Shown: one piece after another, positions 1 through 12,600 of the stretch | Position numbering within the stretch: position 1 is the stretch's first letter | Layout of the letters: each line of letters starts with the position of its first letter | Origin: Amoebophrya sp. A120 | Taxonomy: Eukaryota; Protista; Dinoflagellata | Direction of reading: 5' to 3' | Length of the DNA: 64,000 nucleotides | Assembly: GCA_905178155.1 (NCBI GenBank) | Contig: CAJINV010000001.1 | Span: 9,507,865 to 9,571,864, forward strand | Translations under genes and position numbers: made by a program | The notes under the pieces: model-generated | What the model was told of the DNA's origin: nothing | The model's input: the letters and a program-made list of their open reading frames with translations, nothing else | The model's database searches: none

Positions 1-2227
1 GCAGCACGCCACTAGCTGTAGTTCCAGTGGTGTCAACCACCCCTACATCGAATAAATGGCTCCCGCCAACGTCGTCCGCCTTGACGGGTCCGCTGTACAG
101 ATGGTGCTCGTTCAGCGCTTTGTCCTCCGGCCAGATGTAGCGAAGACGCGCGTGGCCATCCGGCCTGCCGTTTCGCATTTCGCCCTGGTGCGAGGCAGTG
201 AGCTTGAACACGTGGGGACCACCACCACGCTCGACCACGTCGGCAGCCCGCACGTCCGCGAAGGTGTCGCGCTCCATGGTTCGCCACTGGTCCGCCGTCG
301 GCGGGTAGAAGTAAGGGAAGGGAAACAGGTTGCGCCACGCATCCGCTACCACCACGTTTCTTGGCGGTATCATCGCGCCTTGCGGATTCTGCAGCCAATG
401 TCTTTCCTGCTCTTGCCGAAACTGCGGCTGCAAGTGGTGCGGCATGGAGCGCCAGACCTCCACGATACCGAACTCGGACGGGGTCCGAGCCCGCACTTCC
501 GCGGGAATGACCGAGGGGAGTTCTGCTAGGTATTTGTGCCACATCCGGGTGGTTGTGTCGGGCTGCAGACGAGAGTTCAACGGCCCCCGGTACAATCGCT
601 GGCGTGTGATCTTGCTCCTCTCGAGCTCCTCTTTGCCCAGCGGAGCCGCTTTCGGGGGCGGCCCACCTCGTCTCCCCTCGCGCGGGTCCTGTTGCCGCTC
701 CCGTTCGTTCTGCCTGTCCCGTTCCTGGAGTTCTCGAATTTTCTCCGGATCGAGATCGTATCTGGTTTCCGTCCGAAGCAGCGACATACCGGAGCGCTTG
801 CCGCCTTGCGGATCGTCGTGCTCCAACCGATCTTGCGTCAAGTGCGCCGAGCTGACTACGGTCTTGGGATCCACAAGCAGTGGCCCGTACCAAATTTCCG
901 CTTTGAGGGTGGACTTGAGCACTCTGTTCCCGTTTTTCTCCGCCTCCTGGATGGCTTTCCGCGTGCTGTAGTCCGCAACAAGCCCGCCGCGTCTGTAGGA
1001 GGCAGCCGGGCCTCCACTTCCGTGACTGCCGAGGGCTGGTTCGATCGCTGAAAAGAATTCCCCCGCCCCGCGCGCGAAGTAGTTCACGCGGGCTAAGGTG
1101 CGCACTTGTTGAGGAGTTATGAGGGCTGCCACGTCGTCATTGTCATCGTGGTACGGGTTGAGAAGCTCCTCCTGAAGATCTGCATACCCGATGTCTTCCT
1201 CAGCCTCAGGGCCAAGAATTGCATGCGTCAAAGCATCAGTATCCCTATCCGCATCGACACTGCCGGTTTTTATGTGGTCACCATCCAGAATCCGTCGCGG
1301 GTCCGGGTGCCTATGCGCACGGTCTTCGCGAAGATAGTGCTCCGAGAGCTCTCCATCGAACAACTGAACGGCTCTCCAGGGATTTTCTGGTGCTCTGAGT
1401 TCTCGATCGAGCCAATGTGGAAGCAAACTGTCGTCGACTATCTCCACTTGCCCGCGTCCCCATTTTGAGAGGCCTTTCTCGCCGCGGCCTTCGCCGCTCT
1501 CGTAGTGCAAAGCCCGCCGCCCCTCCTTCCACTGCCCGAGAAGGGCTCGGCCCGTCCCCAGGTGGATGGTGCCTCGACCGTGAGATTGGTTATCTTTGAA
1601 AGTGCCCGCGTATTTCCCCAGAACAGTCTCCTTCTTGTCTGTTGTCCCATGTAGTTGACCCTTCTGCGCGGCGTTTCGGTCGATTTGAATAAAAGCGCCT
1701 TGACTCACGACACCAGTTTCAGAACTGTGCCGAGCATAGTGGTTGCGCTGAAGATAATCGTCTTTGCGGAGATCGACGGTTCCTGTGTAGAGGCAGATGG
1801 TTTCTCCAAGCGTCGTCCTATGGCGCGCATGCTTTGCAAAAGCCTGCGCGTCCTCGAATTGTATCAAGCCGACGCTCTCGGGAGCTGCCACGTTTCCAAA
1901 GTCCGCACAGGGCCACAGAACTCGGCTCACTTGTGTAAGCCTTTGATCCGTTTCCGCCCGCTGCTTGTGCCTGTTCTGGCAAATTTTATTTACTCTCAGT
2001 GATCGATCTTTTCCTTTTGGTTTTGCCACTGCTGTTGCTTTGCTGTTCGCCTTTCCGACTTCCCGTTGCGACGAATTTGACTTGCTGCGAGACCTGCGGG
2101 ACACGCCGGGCGACTGCGAGTCTGCGCCAAGAACGAAATTCTCACGCTGCAGTAGGCTCACGAGGAGAGCCAAAGCGGCCCAGCCAATACGAGTGCAACT
2201 GATCGCCGTTTTAATTTTTCGAGCCGA
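1..2227 (-). CDS. Hypothetical protein with MORN-like motifs (partial; runs off the left edge, start exon not found)
   Basis: An open minus frame runs from a CAG acceptor at 2228 to position 1; it is absent from the ORF track because it has no stop in the window. It contains KYAGTFKDNQSHGRGTIHLGTGRALLGQWKEG (~1615-1520) and HQGEMRNGRPDGHARL (MORN-like), plus a hydrophobic stretch IGWAALALLVSLL near the 5' end. Confidence 0.7.
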
Positions 2228-3043
2228 CTGAGATTGAGAATATGGATGACTAAAGATGCAGTCGTGTTGGTGTTTCAGGTAGATGGCAGAGCTAGAGAAA
2301 AGGCGCTATGCTTCTTGCTGCTGTTCTTACTGTACGTTTAGAAATTTTATCAAATCGCGAAACAAAGATGAGCACACAGAAGTTTTTTTTTGTCCGCTAT
2401 AGTTACTTAGAAAGCAATGGAATTCTACTGAATTTCAGAAAAAAATAGAAACACGCGCTACGGTTACAAAACTTGCAGGCATAAAAATGAACTTAGAGCC
2501 AGTTATAGTTAAAACAAGTGCTCGCTTCTTATTGTTATTGATAGACTAGAGAATCTGGATCTGCTAGCTACAGTTAGGCTTTTTGCTGACGCTGGTGCTG
2601 GTAAGGGGAAAGAGAGAATTGGTCTCAAGAACGTGATTTACTTGCTTTAGCAAAGTACGGCACTACCCATACCGTTACCGATCACCGACAGGGGAGCATT
2701 TTTTTATCATGCGATCAAAACTTGTTTCGTCAATGAGTCGCGATTTGTTCGCGATCTGGTTGGGATCGTTTGCATTTGGATCTTGAGGTGCAAGGTACGA
2801 TGTTGATCGTGCAATGCTTGACTGAGCATCCGTTATTTTCTTACTTTGTAGGTGCAGACCACACCTTGCTGATCATTTTTATTAACGACGAGCTTCATCA
2901 AATTCATCACATGTGTTCCGAAATATCAATTTTTTTTTCTGCATCTGCTTGGAAAAAACTTGGTCGGACCGATATTTTCAAAGCCATTTTCCTCATACAA
3001 GAGGTGAGTAGGACACTTCACTTTTCTCTATTTGTGGAAAGTG

Positions 3044-4300
3044 AAAAATGCTCAGAAGAAGGAGGAGGAGGATCCTTCACACCTGTTTAAGCTATACTTA
3101 TTGCTATCAAGTGGAACATGACTTCGCAGATCACCCGGAGGAAACGAGCAGGGAGGCACCGCTCTCAGGAGAAACACCTAATCGGCCAGCATTATCTCCC
3201 GTTCCTTGTACCAATCGCGCCATAATGCAACTACATCTCTTTGAGTCGCGGGCACTGAGGTACACTGTTGCAGCTTCGTCTCTTCGAGCCGCGGCCGGGT
3301 GCGCTCCATCTGCTCACAAGCATGCCCTCTGTGGTGCGGCTGTCTACGCTGGGACGGTCCGGGGCTTGGGCGAGTTTAGGGTCATATTGGGCACCATATA
3401 TGTTAGGTGCTTGTCCCTTAACTCTGTAGACAATTCGCTGCCTCCGCCCGGGAGCAGCTTGCGGCAGAGCTCACCTCTCCGCTTTCTTCACGATCAGGCT
3501 CTGCAGGGCGGTAGCATATTTTTCGTGCTACCACCCTCTCTCGGGTGGCTCTGGCCGGACCTTCGTCTTGTTCTACAAAGTCCGCGTCTACGAAATCAAG
3601 ACACGAACTTTAGCTGCGCCTTAAAAATCTGAGATTCTTCCACTAGGCGGCTGCGCTGGATCGTGGGGAATTCGAATATGTATGGATCCGCTCCTTGAAT
3701 CGAGAAAAGATAGAAGGGATACATCTGGAATCTCTATCAGAGAAAATCAATATCAGGATCTATCGACATCTCAGCAGCTCCTGGTCCAGATGTATATCTT
3801 TTCCTCATTCTCGAGGCTCCGCGCCCCCGTTTTCCGCTTTTTCGTCGTGGTCTAGTTTGCTTGTGCTTAGACTAGGGGCGACCTGCTAGCTTTCGTTCTT
3901 GCACCTTGTGCGCTCGTGGCCGTGGAAGAGAAGATGTGAACCCGTCCAAAGAAGATGTTGAGAGCCAGAGCCCGTCAAAAGAAGATGAAGTGCTGCCAGC
4001 GCTGTGGAGAGGGAAATCGCCGACCGGGACCATATTTCTAGATGGAATGCGCACACAGATGCGCGGGGCGCTGAGGCTCTACCTACTTTCTACTGTAAAG
4101 GGGCACAGCTGACCCGCCACGTACGGGTGTCTAACTATCTGGCATCGAAACTCCGTCGCAAGGAGTCGGGGGAGATACCGACGTGGCGTCAGTGGTGGTG
4201 ATTGTGTGTGTGCGATGGGTCTAACAACTACTCTACGGCATAGCTCCCCCTGTTCTAGATTTTTCGGATCTCAGGCAACAAGGAAAAATGCTCAGAAGAA
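3044..4300. repeat. 18-bp direct repeat GAAAAATGCTCAGAAGAA, two copies ~1.24 kb apart
   Basis: Identical copies at ~3044 and ~4283, each followed shortly by CTTCA(A)CACC. Confidence 0.6.
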
Positions 4301-4917
4301 CAATGGGAGCTTCAACACCAACACGACGCACTACCTAGCCAAGATATAATTTCCTATGTCTCTGACTACGTGCTGAAGTAGTTGTATACTATAGATTGAA
4401 GCCGGAGACGATGTCCCACAAAACAAAGCAGGTAGACAAGAGTAACACCACAACTGACAGACGCAATGGAACTTCCGCCATTTACATTTTTTTTTCTGAG
4501 CGCAAAAAAAGAGAACTCCAGCTGCTCGAGTCACTCCGGCAACGATTATTTTCGTGAATTTTGCTTTGGAAATGGTTTTCTTTAGATTACTTCACCGCCA
4601 CTATCGAGCGACAACTTTCGTGTTCTTCATTTTGCAACAACATCGTGCGACAGCAGTGGTGCCGTTCATTTCGTAGGCGTGCAGGCGCACACTCACATCG
4701 TTCGATTACGATTTGAATTTTGTTGATACAATTTGGAATTTTGAGCACGAAAAGCGATCAGGCTACAGGATGAAAATTTACGAGATATTTTAGATATTTT
4801 CAAACTAAACACGTTGTGATATGCTACGGGTTGGTAACTGGAGTAGATCAGTTTCAGTTAGGTTACCATCGCGGCTGTGCGTCAAATCACCTCTAGGGGT
4901 GTCGTATTGCGCTGGCG

Positions 4918-6064
4918 CCGTGGCTGTCGACTTTTTCGTCGAGAAATTCTGTATAGATTAGAGCTTTAACACCCGTTAGCATGAGAAGTGGTGAGTTTGT
5001 AGTGCATTTTGCATGACAAATAGCAGAGGAGACTGCCGGGACATTGTCCCTTTTGCTCTTCTGGGAAGTGGGTTCTGCACACCGCAGAAGTTAGTTGTCC
5101 AGGCTTATGCGGCGGGCAGCTGGACATGGCCTGGGCGTCATTCTTTGGCCATGTGAGTTTTGTCTTCCTGTGCTTGCAAAAGAGCAAGCACTGCAGCAGC
5201 CGCGGCAAACACGCCAAAAACAAGAGCCGCGAAGCACATAAGCGCAGTTTAGGCAAGATGAAGGCGCGGAAGCAAAGGCGAAAGGACCCGGCCGAGAGCT
5301 TTGACGCGTCTATCCGGCAGGCGCGTGAACTCTCCAGGCCTTTTCGGCAGAATATAGAGGCGCTCAGGGCAACAGCGGGCGCCTGTCGTTTCCCCTCGGC
5401 CCCACTTCCCAGGGTCTACTTGTGCGTTTTTTTGAGCACTTTTCTGCGCTAAACTTTGCTTATCACGGTCGAAAAGTGGCGCTCAAGTCCCAAAATTCAC
5501 CAAGGGAATTCTTGACCTGGGGATCACGTCGAATAAGACTTGCTCCGGAGGCAAAAAGACACGTAGGGAGTTGTGAGCAGAGCACAGCAGGCGAAGCAAG
5601 CTAGCGTCCGCGGCCGAATCGTGCCTCCCCTTCCACCCGAGGCTGCTCCCAGATATCCAAGTCCAAGCCGAGCCAACCACAACTCGTGAGAGCATACATG
5701 TTGAACTAGTGCCCCTGTGTTCAGGCGTCGCCCTCCCTTTCGACCATTTCGGAGAGGAACTTCTGAGGCAGACGCGCAGAAGAATAAGAGCCCCCCGACC
5801 CACCTTCTCTGGTCGCTAGATACGCACTACACAGCCCGGCGAGCCCCCGCAAGACCACCTCTTTTGGTGCTGCAAGCGCCACCACGCGACGAGCAGCCCT
5901 TCAGGCTATGTGGTATGCTTGGGCTCGTGTCCATACGTAGCGCTCTTCTCTTTTAAGTAAATGCAAGTCATGCAATACAAATTCACTGCAAATTCACACT
6001 TCTGTAGCGCCACTCGAAATCGTCCGTGGCTCTCGACTTTTTCGTCGGAAAATTCTGTATAGAT
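4918..6064. mobile_element. Degenerate intergenic element: 41-bp direct repeats enclosing imperfect inverted repeats with the TGCATGAC motif
   Basis: Direct repeats at 4918-4958 and 6024-6064 (38/41 identical). Inner gapped inverted repeat at ~4984-5017 versus ~5967-6003. TGCATGACAAA at 5010 and GTCATGCA at 5967. Confidence 0.5.
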
Positions 6065-6689
6065 ACCTACGTAGTTTTGGTGGGCTTGAACTACGTGCAA
6101 ATCAAGAAGATCCTCGGCTGAAAGGCCCTACTACTCGCCAATTTGGTTTGCGGACGTTCAACTTGACGAGTAGTGGGTTTTCAGAGGCGCAAATTGAAAA
6201 TTGCGCAAGAAGTATTCAGAAATAAAAGAGGAGAGAGATTGAAGCGAGCTTTTCGCTACGTAGTAGCACTGGTTGAGTTTGAGAGAGTTTACAGAGACGA
6301 GACTAGAGCTAGAGGTAGAGCTATTTCTTCTTGGTTCTTTTACTTTTATGTCGGGTTTTCCTTTTGCTTTTTCTATAGATACGTTGTTTTTTTTTCGAAT
6401 GCAGAAGGAGCTGCAACGAAGCAAATCTGATATCCGATAGGTCTGAGTCCGATAGATCGTGCTACAAACGCTTGATTTTTGATTCTCGGAAATTATCATC
6501 CATACACTCGATGCCGAAGCAGGGCGAAGATTTTACTAGTAAAGCTCCTGCGGTTCGACGACGACGCAGTAAACCTTTTTCGAATATTGATATTCGTCAT
6601 TCCCAGTTTCGATTTGGGATTTGCTTTGATCTTTTCAAACTATTTGCTAGCTGTATGTTTTCATGACCATGAGCCCGGATTCACTATTT

Positions 6690-9600
6690 CTATTTACTCC
6701 CGCCGTTTCCCTTCCCACGCTGCATGTTTTCCCGGCGCTGCTGCTGTTGCAGGACGTGGTCACGCAGCGACACGGTACCGAACGAATCCCCACGTATGTA
6801 ATGCGTCTCTTCGTGCACTAGTACGCCATCTTCCTCCTCGTAGTTCGCGATAGAGTTCACTCGGTCTTCGAAACTTGACAAGTCTTGCGGGAAGACAAAG
6901 GGGGTAATCGCATTGGAAGATGAACTGGAACTGGACGCGCCATTTGTGTTGCCGCCACCAACATCGTTGAGCTTGTTCAGGGCACTGTTGTAGTTGAAAC
7001 TCGACGGCTCCGGACGGGGAGGCTTCTGGAACGCATCGGGCGACACCATTGGGGGCGAGGCCGGATCTTTCTTCCCAAATCCGGTCCGAAGGTTATCCGT
7101 AATGCGCTTGCTGGCACTGTCGTGACCCAGCCTCATCTTATTCGAGTTCGGTGCGGCGGAGGAGGATCTGTTTGTGTGTTGAGTAGAAATAAGATCATAT
7201 CGAAGAAAGATATCACAAAATAATGGAAATCGCTTCAACAAGCCTCCCCTAATTCTACACTGCCAAGAGTGTTACAATATCAATACCACTCAGGAAAACC
7301 TTGTTACCTGCTTGTATCTTTTGGTTTTCGTTCCGAGCCTTTGGCAACAACATCAGATGCTGTAGAGTCATTTTTCGGCGACGAGCCGTTCCGCAGTGCC
7401 GCCTGCGCACCTCGTTCTGTATCTGCGTTCTTGGTACTGCTGCTGTGCAGAATCTGCTGCACCCCCTCAGACATGTCGATGTGCAAATCTTGCAGGGGAT
7501 GACTCTTCTTTCGCAGTGACTTGCCCACTTGCTCGACGTTTTCCTTGTTTTCGACGGCATGATCTTGTTCACCCTCGCCAACACTAGGTCCGCGCTGATT
7601 CGCGGCCCCGAACAGGGATCCGCTTTTGCTTCGTGACCGGCTTCGACAGGACGCGCGGGGCAGCGCCGAGGAAAACGACTTTTGCCTCTGCTGCATGCTG
7701 GCGTCGTCGTCCTCGCATATCTGATGCAGGGCGCCACTGCTCCTGGCAGCGCCGCTCAGCGACCCCGTCGGGTCGATTCGCAAGGAGGACGAACGGCCGA
7801 GATTCAGGATGTCGTGGTCTTTGTCATTGTCTTTGCTGTGTTGCAACAGCGCGCGATTCTTGATGGAGGATGCGGCCGACATAGGTGTCACGAGGTGATT
7901 TGGGCCCCCACCACCGTAGGGGCTCGGCCGTATCACCGACATGCGTGCGGGGTTGATGTTGCCGTTCAGGTTCTTACTGTCGCCGGGTTGGTGGTCGGAC
8001 AGCCGTGCACCTGTGAGAGGCTTACTGCGCGACCGCGACCGCGACGTGTTTACGTGGTTCTCGCGTCCACCGGTAAAGATCGGGGCGTCCCGCGAACGCG
8101 ATGCGACGGACGTAGAGCCACGCTGGTCGCGATGAACAAGGTTCTTGCCATGGAGGTCCACCAAAATTCTTCCGCTACAACTACTGGAATGCGGTTGTTG
8201 CTGTGCTTGGTCGGGCCGCTTGGAACTTGAGCTCGACGCAGCTCCCTTGGAACTACCAGGTTGCGCAACGGCTGAGACATGATCATCTCCTCGATCTGAG
8301 CGTGGTCCCGCTGTCCCAGGAGCGGCCCGTAAGCTCTGTTCGCCGACGCTTTTGCTGTCGCGCAACACCGCAGGCCGGGAATTCGTGCGTCGCACCTCGC
8401 TACCGAGCGACTTCACCTGTCGCTCCAAGGTCGGAACTTTCGCCACCTCGCGCTCGAGTGATTCCATGCGCTCGCGCTGGTCTATGGGACTCTCACACGT
8501 TACATTCTCAACTGTTACATGATAGATTTGCCATGCAAAATATACATCAACATCCACAAGGTGAAGCTACTTCGCATGGCAAATTTTTGAAAGGCTAAAC
8601 AGTACCTAAATCTGTGCAGAATTTGTAATGCTACAGGTGCAACCTCCCTGGTTTGTTTTGACTTTTGCCACTCTTGCATCACAAATTCATGTAAGAGTTG
8701 AGAATGTCACAGTTGAGAACGCCATATGGTCGTTGAAGGACTTGACTTGCTGTTCCAAGGAACCAATGCGATTTACCAGCTGGGAAAAACTCGCCGCTGT
8801 CATGGTCACGACGGTGCCATCGCTGTTCGTATTCACAGCGCTGTTTGCGAGCACCAACTCACCACCGCTCTGGTGGTCTATCACACGTTCATCCTCGGCG
8901 GGTCCTCCGACACTAACAATTGCGGACTCGGTCGACGGCAGAAGAGCGGTAGAGGAAGAAGAGGTAGCAGCTGAATTTCCGCTGATAAAGGTGGATACCG
9001 TGCTGCTCACCCGAAGGGAGCTCGCGCGGTCTGGTTTCTTGTTGTCCTTCATCAGGCTATCATCTTTAATGGCCGGCTCTACTACTACTGCTTCCGATTG
9101 GCACGACCTCGCAACCACCAGCAAAGATTGCTGCGTAATTTGCCGAGAGGCCTTGATCCACCTTCGGAGCAGGCGGAACAGGCGCGTTGCGGCAACAAAC
9201 TTCTGCAGCAGCGGGGACTCAGGCGCGGGGGTTTTGAGGGAAGTCGATCCACTGCGCCGTGCGCGTCGCTTGCGCACCCAGGCCTTGACTGCCCGCTTGA
9301 ACAACACCAGACCGGTGACAATTTGCAAAAATTTCGTTCGGGTGTGCACGCGCGCAACATGGTCTTCGACGCGGCGAAGAAAAAACGTTTCTTTCATGCT
9401 GCGGATCCAGCGTCGCAGCCGGATCGAGAAAAAAACAGCCCGCGCGAAGGACCTCGTAAGGTCCCGTTTGTACCTCCTCCTGCGAATGTATCTCTTGCTG
9501 TGCAGCACCAGCAGGGCTCCTTGCACGAATTTGCGCCAAAAATGCTGAATGCGCTTGTCCTTCTCGTCCCGCTTTCTGGCGGTTCTGTAGGCGCGCCAGC

Positions 9601-12600
9601 GAAGCTGCAGTCTGCGCAAGTGCATGATCTTGCAGAAGATGTCGTCGACGCGAGGGAGCGAAGGTGGAAAACTGGAACCGACGTTATTAACGCGAGCGAA
9701 TTTTCGTTTCCTCCGATGCGCATCGACCAGGGACAACAATGCCTCTTTTTTGTTCTCCCTCGATTTCCCACTCTCCTTCAAAAACTCGAAGATCCGCCTA
9801 GCGCCCAGTCTCCGAGCATTCACGAAGCTGCGCAGGTGCACGGCAAGCAGGCAACCGCGGGCCAGACTTTGCAGCAGCGCCTCGACCCGGAGTTTCTTTT
9901 GTCGCCTCTTCTCCTGCTCGAGCTTCAGCGCCCTGTTGAAGCGCCAGTCGCGGATGTGCAGGCGCAGACACACCCGGAACAGCACCGAGCGGAGAAAGAA
10001 GTCCCAGTATCTTTGCGCCCGGACTCTTCGAATGGCGCGCCTTTCGGCGACGGCGGCGCGGAAAAATTTCCGGACGTGGACGAACATCAGAGTCCCCCGC
10101 GCGAAGGACTCCACCAACTCCCTTGTCCTCTTCACTCGACGCTGCTGTTGGGACACTCTGGCAGTTTGCAGCAATCGTTTCAGCGCAACGGTGAGCAGCG
10201 CGTGACGGGCAAAGGCAGAAACGTTTTGCTTCGCGATCTCCGCGCGGCGCGTTTCCGCTGCTTGCTTGATGAGCCGTCTGGTATTGGAACGGCGGCGCAG
10301 GAAGAGTTTTAGCAGACTGATGCGCCAGAATGCGCACAACAGCTCCTCACTCCGCTTTGCTTTTGATGCTCGTTCATGCTTCTCTGCGATACGGGCCCTG
10401 AGTCCTGCAACGTACTGTTTGAACTTCGAGACCAACAAGGCACGGCGGAAGAACAAGTGGAGAAATTGCTCGGCCAGTTCCTTGCGCGCCTTGCGGATCC
10501 CCGACAGAGCTCTCGAAAAAGCTATCTTTGCTTTCAGGACTCCGCAGAGAAGGGCAACATTTTGCCGCAGCTGCTGCTTGCGGATTCGCATTTGTGCGAC
10601 TCTTCTCCGGACGTATTTCTTGACGTGCGCGAACAGCAGAGATCCCTGCAGCCACCGGCGGTAACGGTGTTCGCGGAGGGCTATTTTACGCTGTCGAAAG
10701 CGGTCGACGACCGCGGCCATCCTCGGCTTCAACAGGGCAAATCGCAAAACAGCTTTCCACAACCGCACCCGCCTGAGGAGTCGCTGCAGCCACTTCCGCA
10801 ACTCGATCTGCAGGCGAATCCCGCGTACCAGGGTCGTCACGTTGCTCTCGGATTTCAGGCGGCGCTGCGCACGCCTGCGCCACCGCACCAACCGCACGAA
10901 GGTGCGCGCCGCACTGACCATCCCCTTTTCGAGGTTTTCGCGGCGACACTTCTTGATGAATGTTTTCAAAAAGACGGCGAACCGGACAGCGAGCAAGCAG
11001 CGTTTCAGCTTCTTCTTCGTGAAGAACCGGCGGAGGTCGGCGGACACCTGCAGACTCGCGTTGTCGGCCAACAATTTCTGCAGAATCGCGAGCTTCCCCG
11101 ATTTGAGGAACAATTTCGAGATGCCCATCACGTAGTCGCACTTCGGGACTTCCAGGACCAGCATCAACAGGTCGATGAACGTTCTGGCGTCGTAGGCCTC
11201 ATACTCGTGTCAACTGTAAAAGTGTCTGGGTCTGGAAGAGTCCAACTTGTCATGCAGATTTTGGACTCTAAAAAAATCTGTACTGCATGAGCAGCAAAGA
11301 GAGTCCAAGTTTTGCTACACGGAAAGAGCATTTGTCATGCGGTATAGGCATCAGGAAGCCGTTACAAAATCTGTGATGCTAGGGCATGCATCACAGACAT
11401 CAGGAGTCATGCAAAATGTGCATGACAAACCTGCACCTGGCAATCTTCCAGACCCAGACATTTTTACATTTGATAACTCGTCCGGCAGTTTGATCGTGGA
11501 CTGGAACTTCGCGGCCAGCATTTTGTAGTCGCACCGGTGCGGGTACCCGCGGTGCATGATGTCGACGAGCTGAAACGTCCCGGACTCGCGCATCTGGTTC
11601 AGGACCACGGGTTTGTCGAAAAAGTGCGGTTCCTGCACCGCGTTCGGGCAGAAGCAGCGGATGTAGTGGAGGTTCGCTTCCTGCAGGGTCGTGATCAACG
11701 CCTGCAAGTCGCCCAGGTACTTGCGGCTCACGGAGTCAAACGTGGCCAGCGTCGCGTTGGCGCCCTTGCGATTGGCGCGCCCAATCACGTCGATTTGCTC
11801 GCGATTCAAGTTGCTGCCGTCCGCCAGCAGATTCCGCGGCGAGGCCTGGAATTTGTCCGACTCTTCGAGCACAAATTTGGACACGAGAGAGTTGCTCGAG
11901 AGTGCGACCACTTTCTCCAGCTCCGCGTCCAACCGGGAGTTGTTTTTCTCCAGCCACCCGGCCGTGTGGTACGTGATGTCACCGGCGAAATGGGTGATCA
12001 CGAATCCCTCCGACTTCAGGATGCTGTCTACTTCGGTGACCCCCCGACCGCGTTTCGGCTCCTTCACGATGCCGTGCTGCCGGGCGCGCTCGCCGGTCTT
12101 GAAGTGCACGTGCACGTTCTGCGTGTAGGTCGCGGCCGTGACCTCCTTTTGCGACATGCGCCCCACGCGGAAGCACGCGTCGTCCAGCATGCGGAAGCAA
12201 TCCGCGATCGCGCTGACGCAGGGACCGCACTGCGGCACGTCGATGCTGGTCCACTTCAGCCCTTCGCGGCTGTAGAGCTCCTGCTCCCCGAGGAGCACAT
12301 TGTCAATGAAAAACTGCTGCAGATGCTCGTTCGCTAAGTTGATGCACAACTGCTCGAACGAGTTCGCTTCGAGTTGTTCGAAACCGTAGATGTCGAGGAT
12401 TCCGATGGTCTGCTGGTGGGGCGGGAGGTTGCTAGTACCGATGCCAAGATCCGGGTTGATGTCGTTCGGTGACAAACTCGCGGACAAATTCGGAGAGTTG
12501 TTCCGCTTGGTGGAATGGTCTTTCCCGTGGAGGGAAGCATTCACGTTCGTCACCACGTAGTCGAAAAGCTTGCGGTAGAGAAACTTGCTCAAACTGTGCA

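Noticed and set aside
2261-4327. 14-bp inverted match AACACCAACACGAC
   Set aside because: A match of this length is expected by chance in 64 kb; there is no extension or target duplication.
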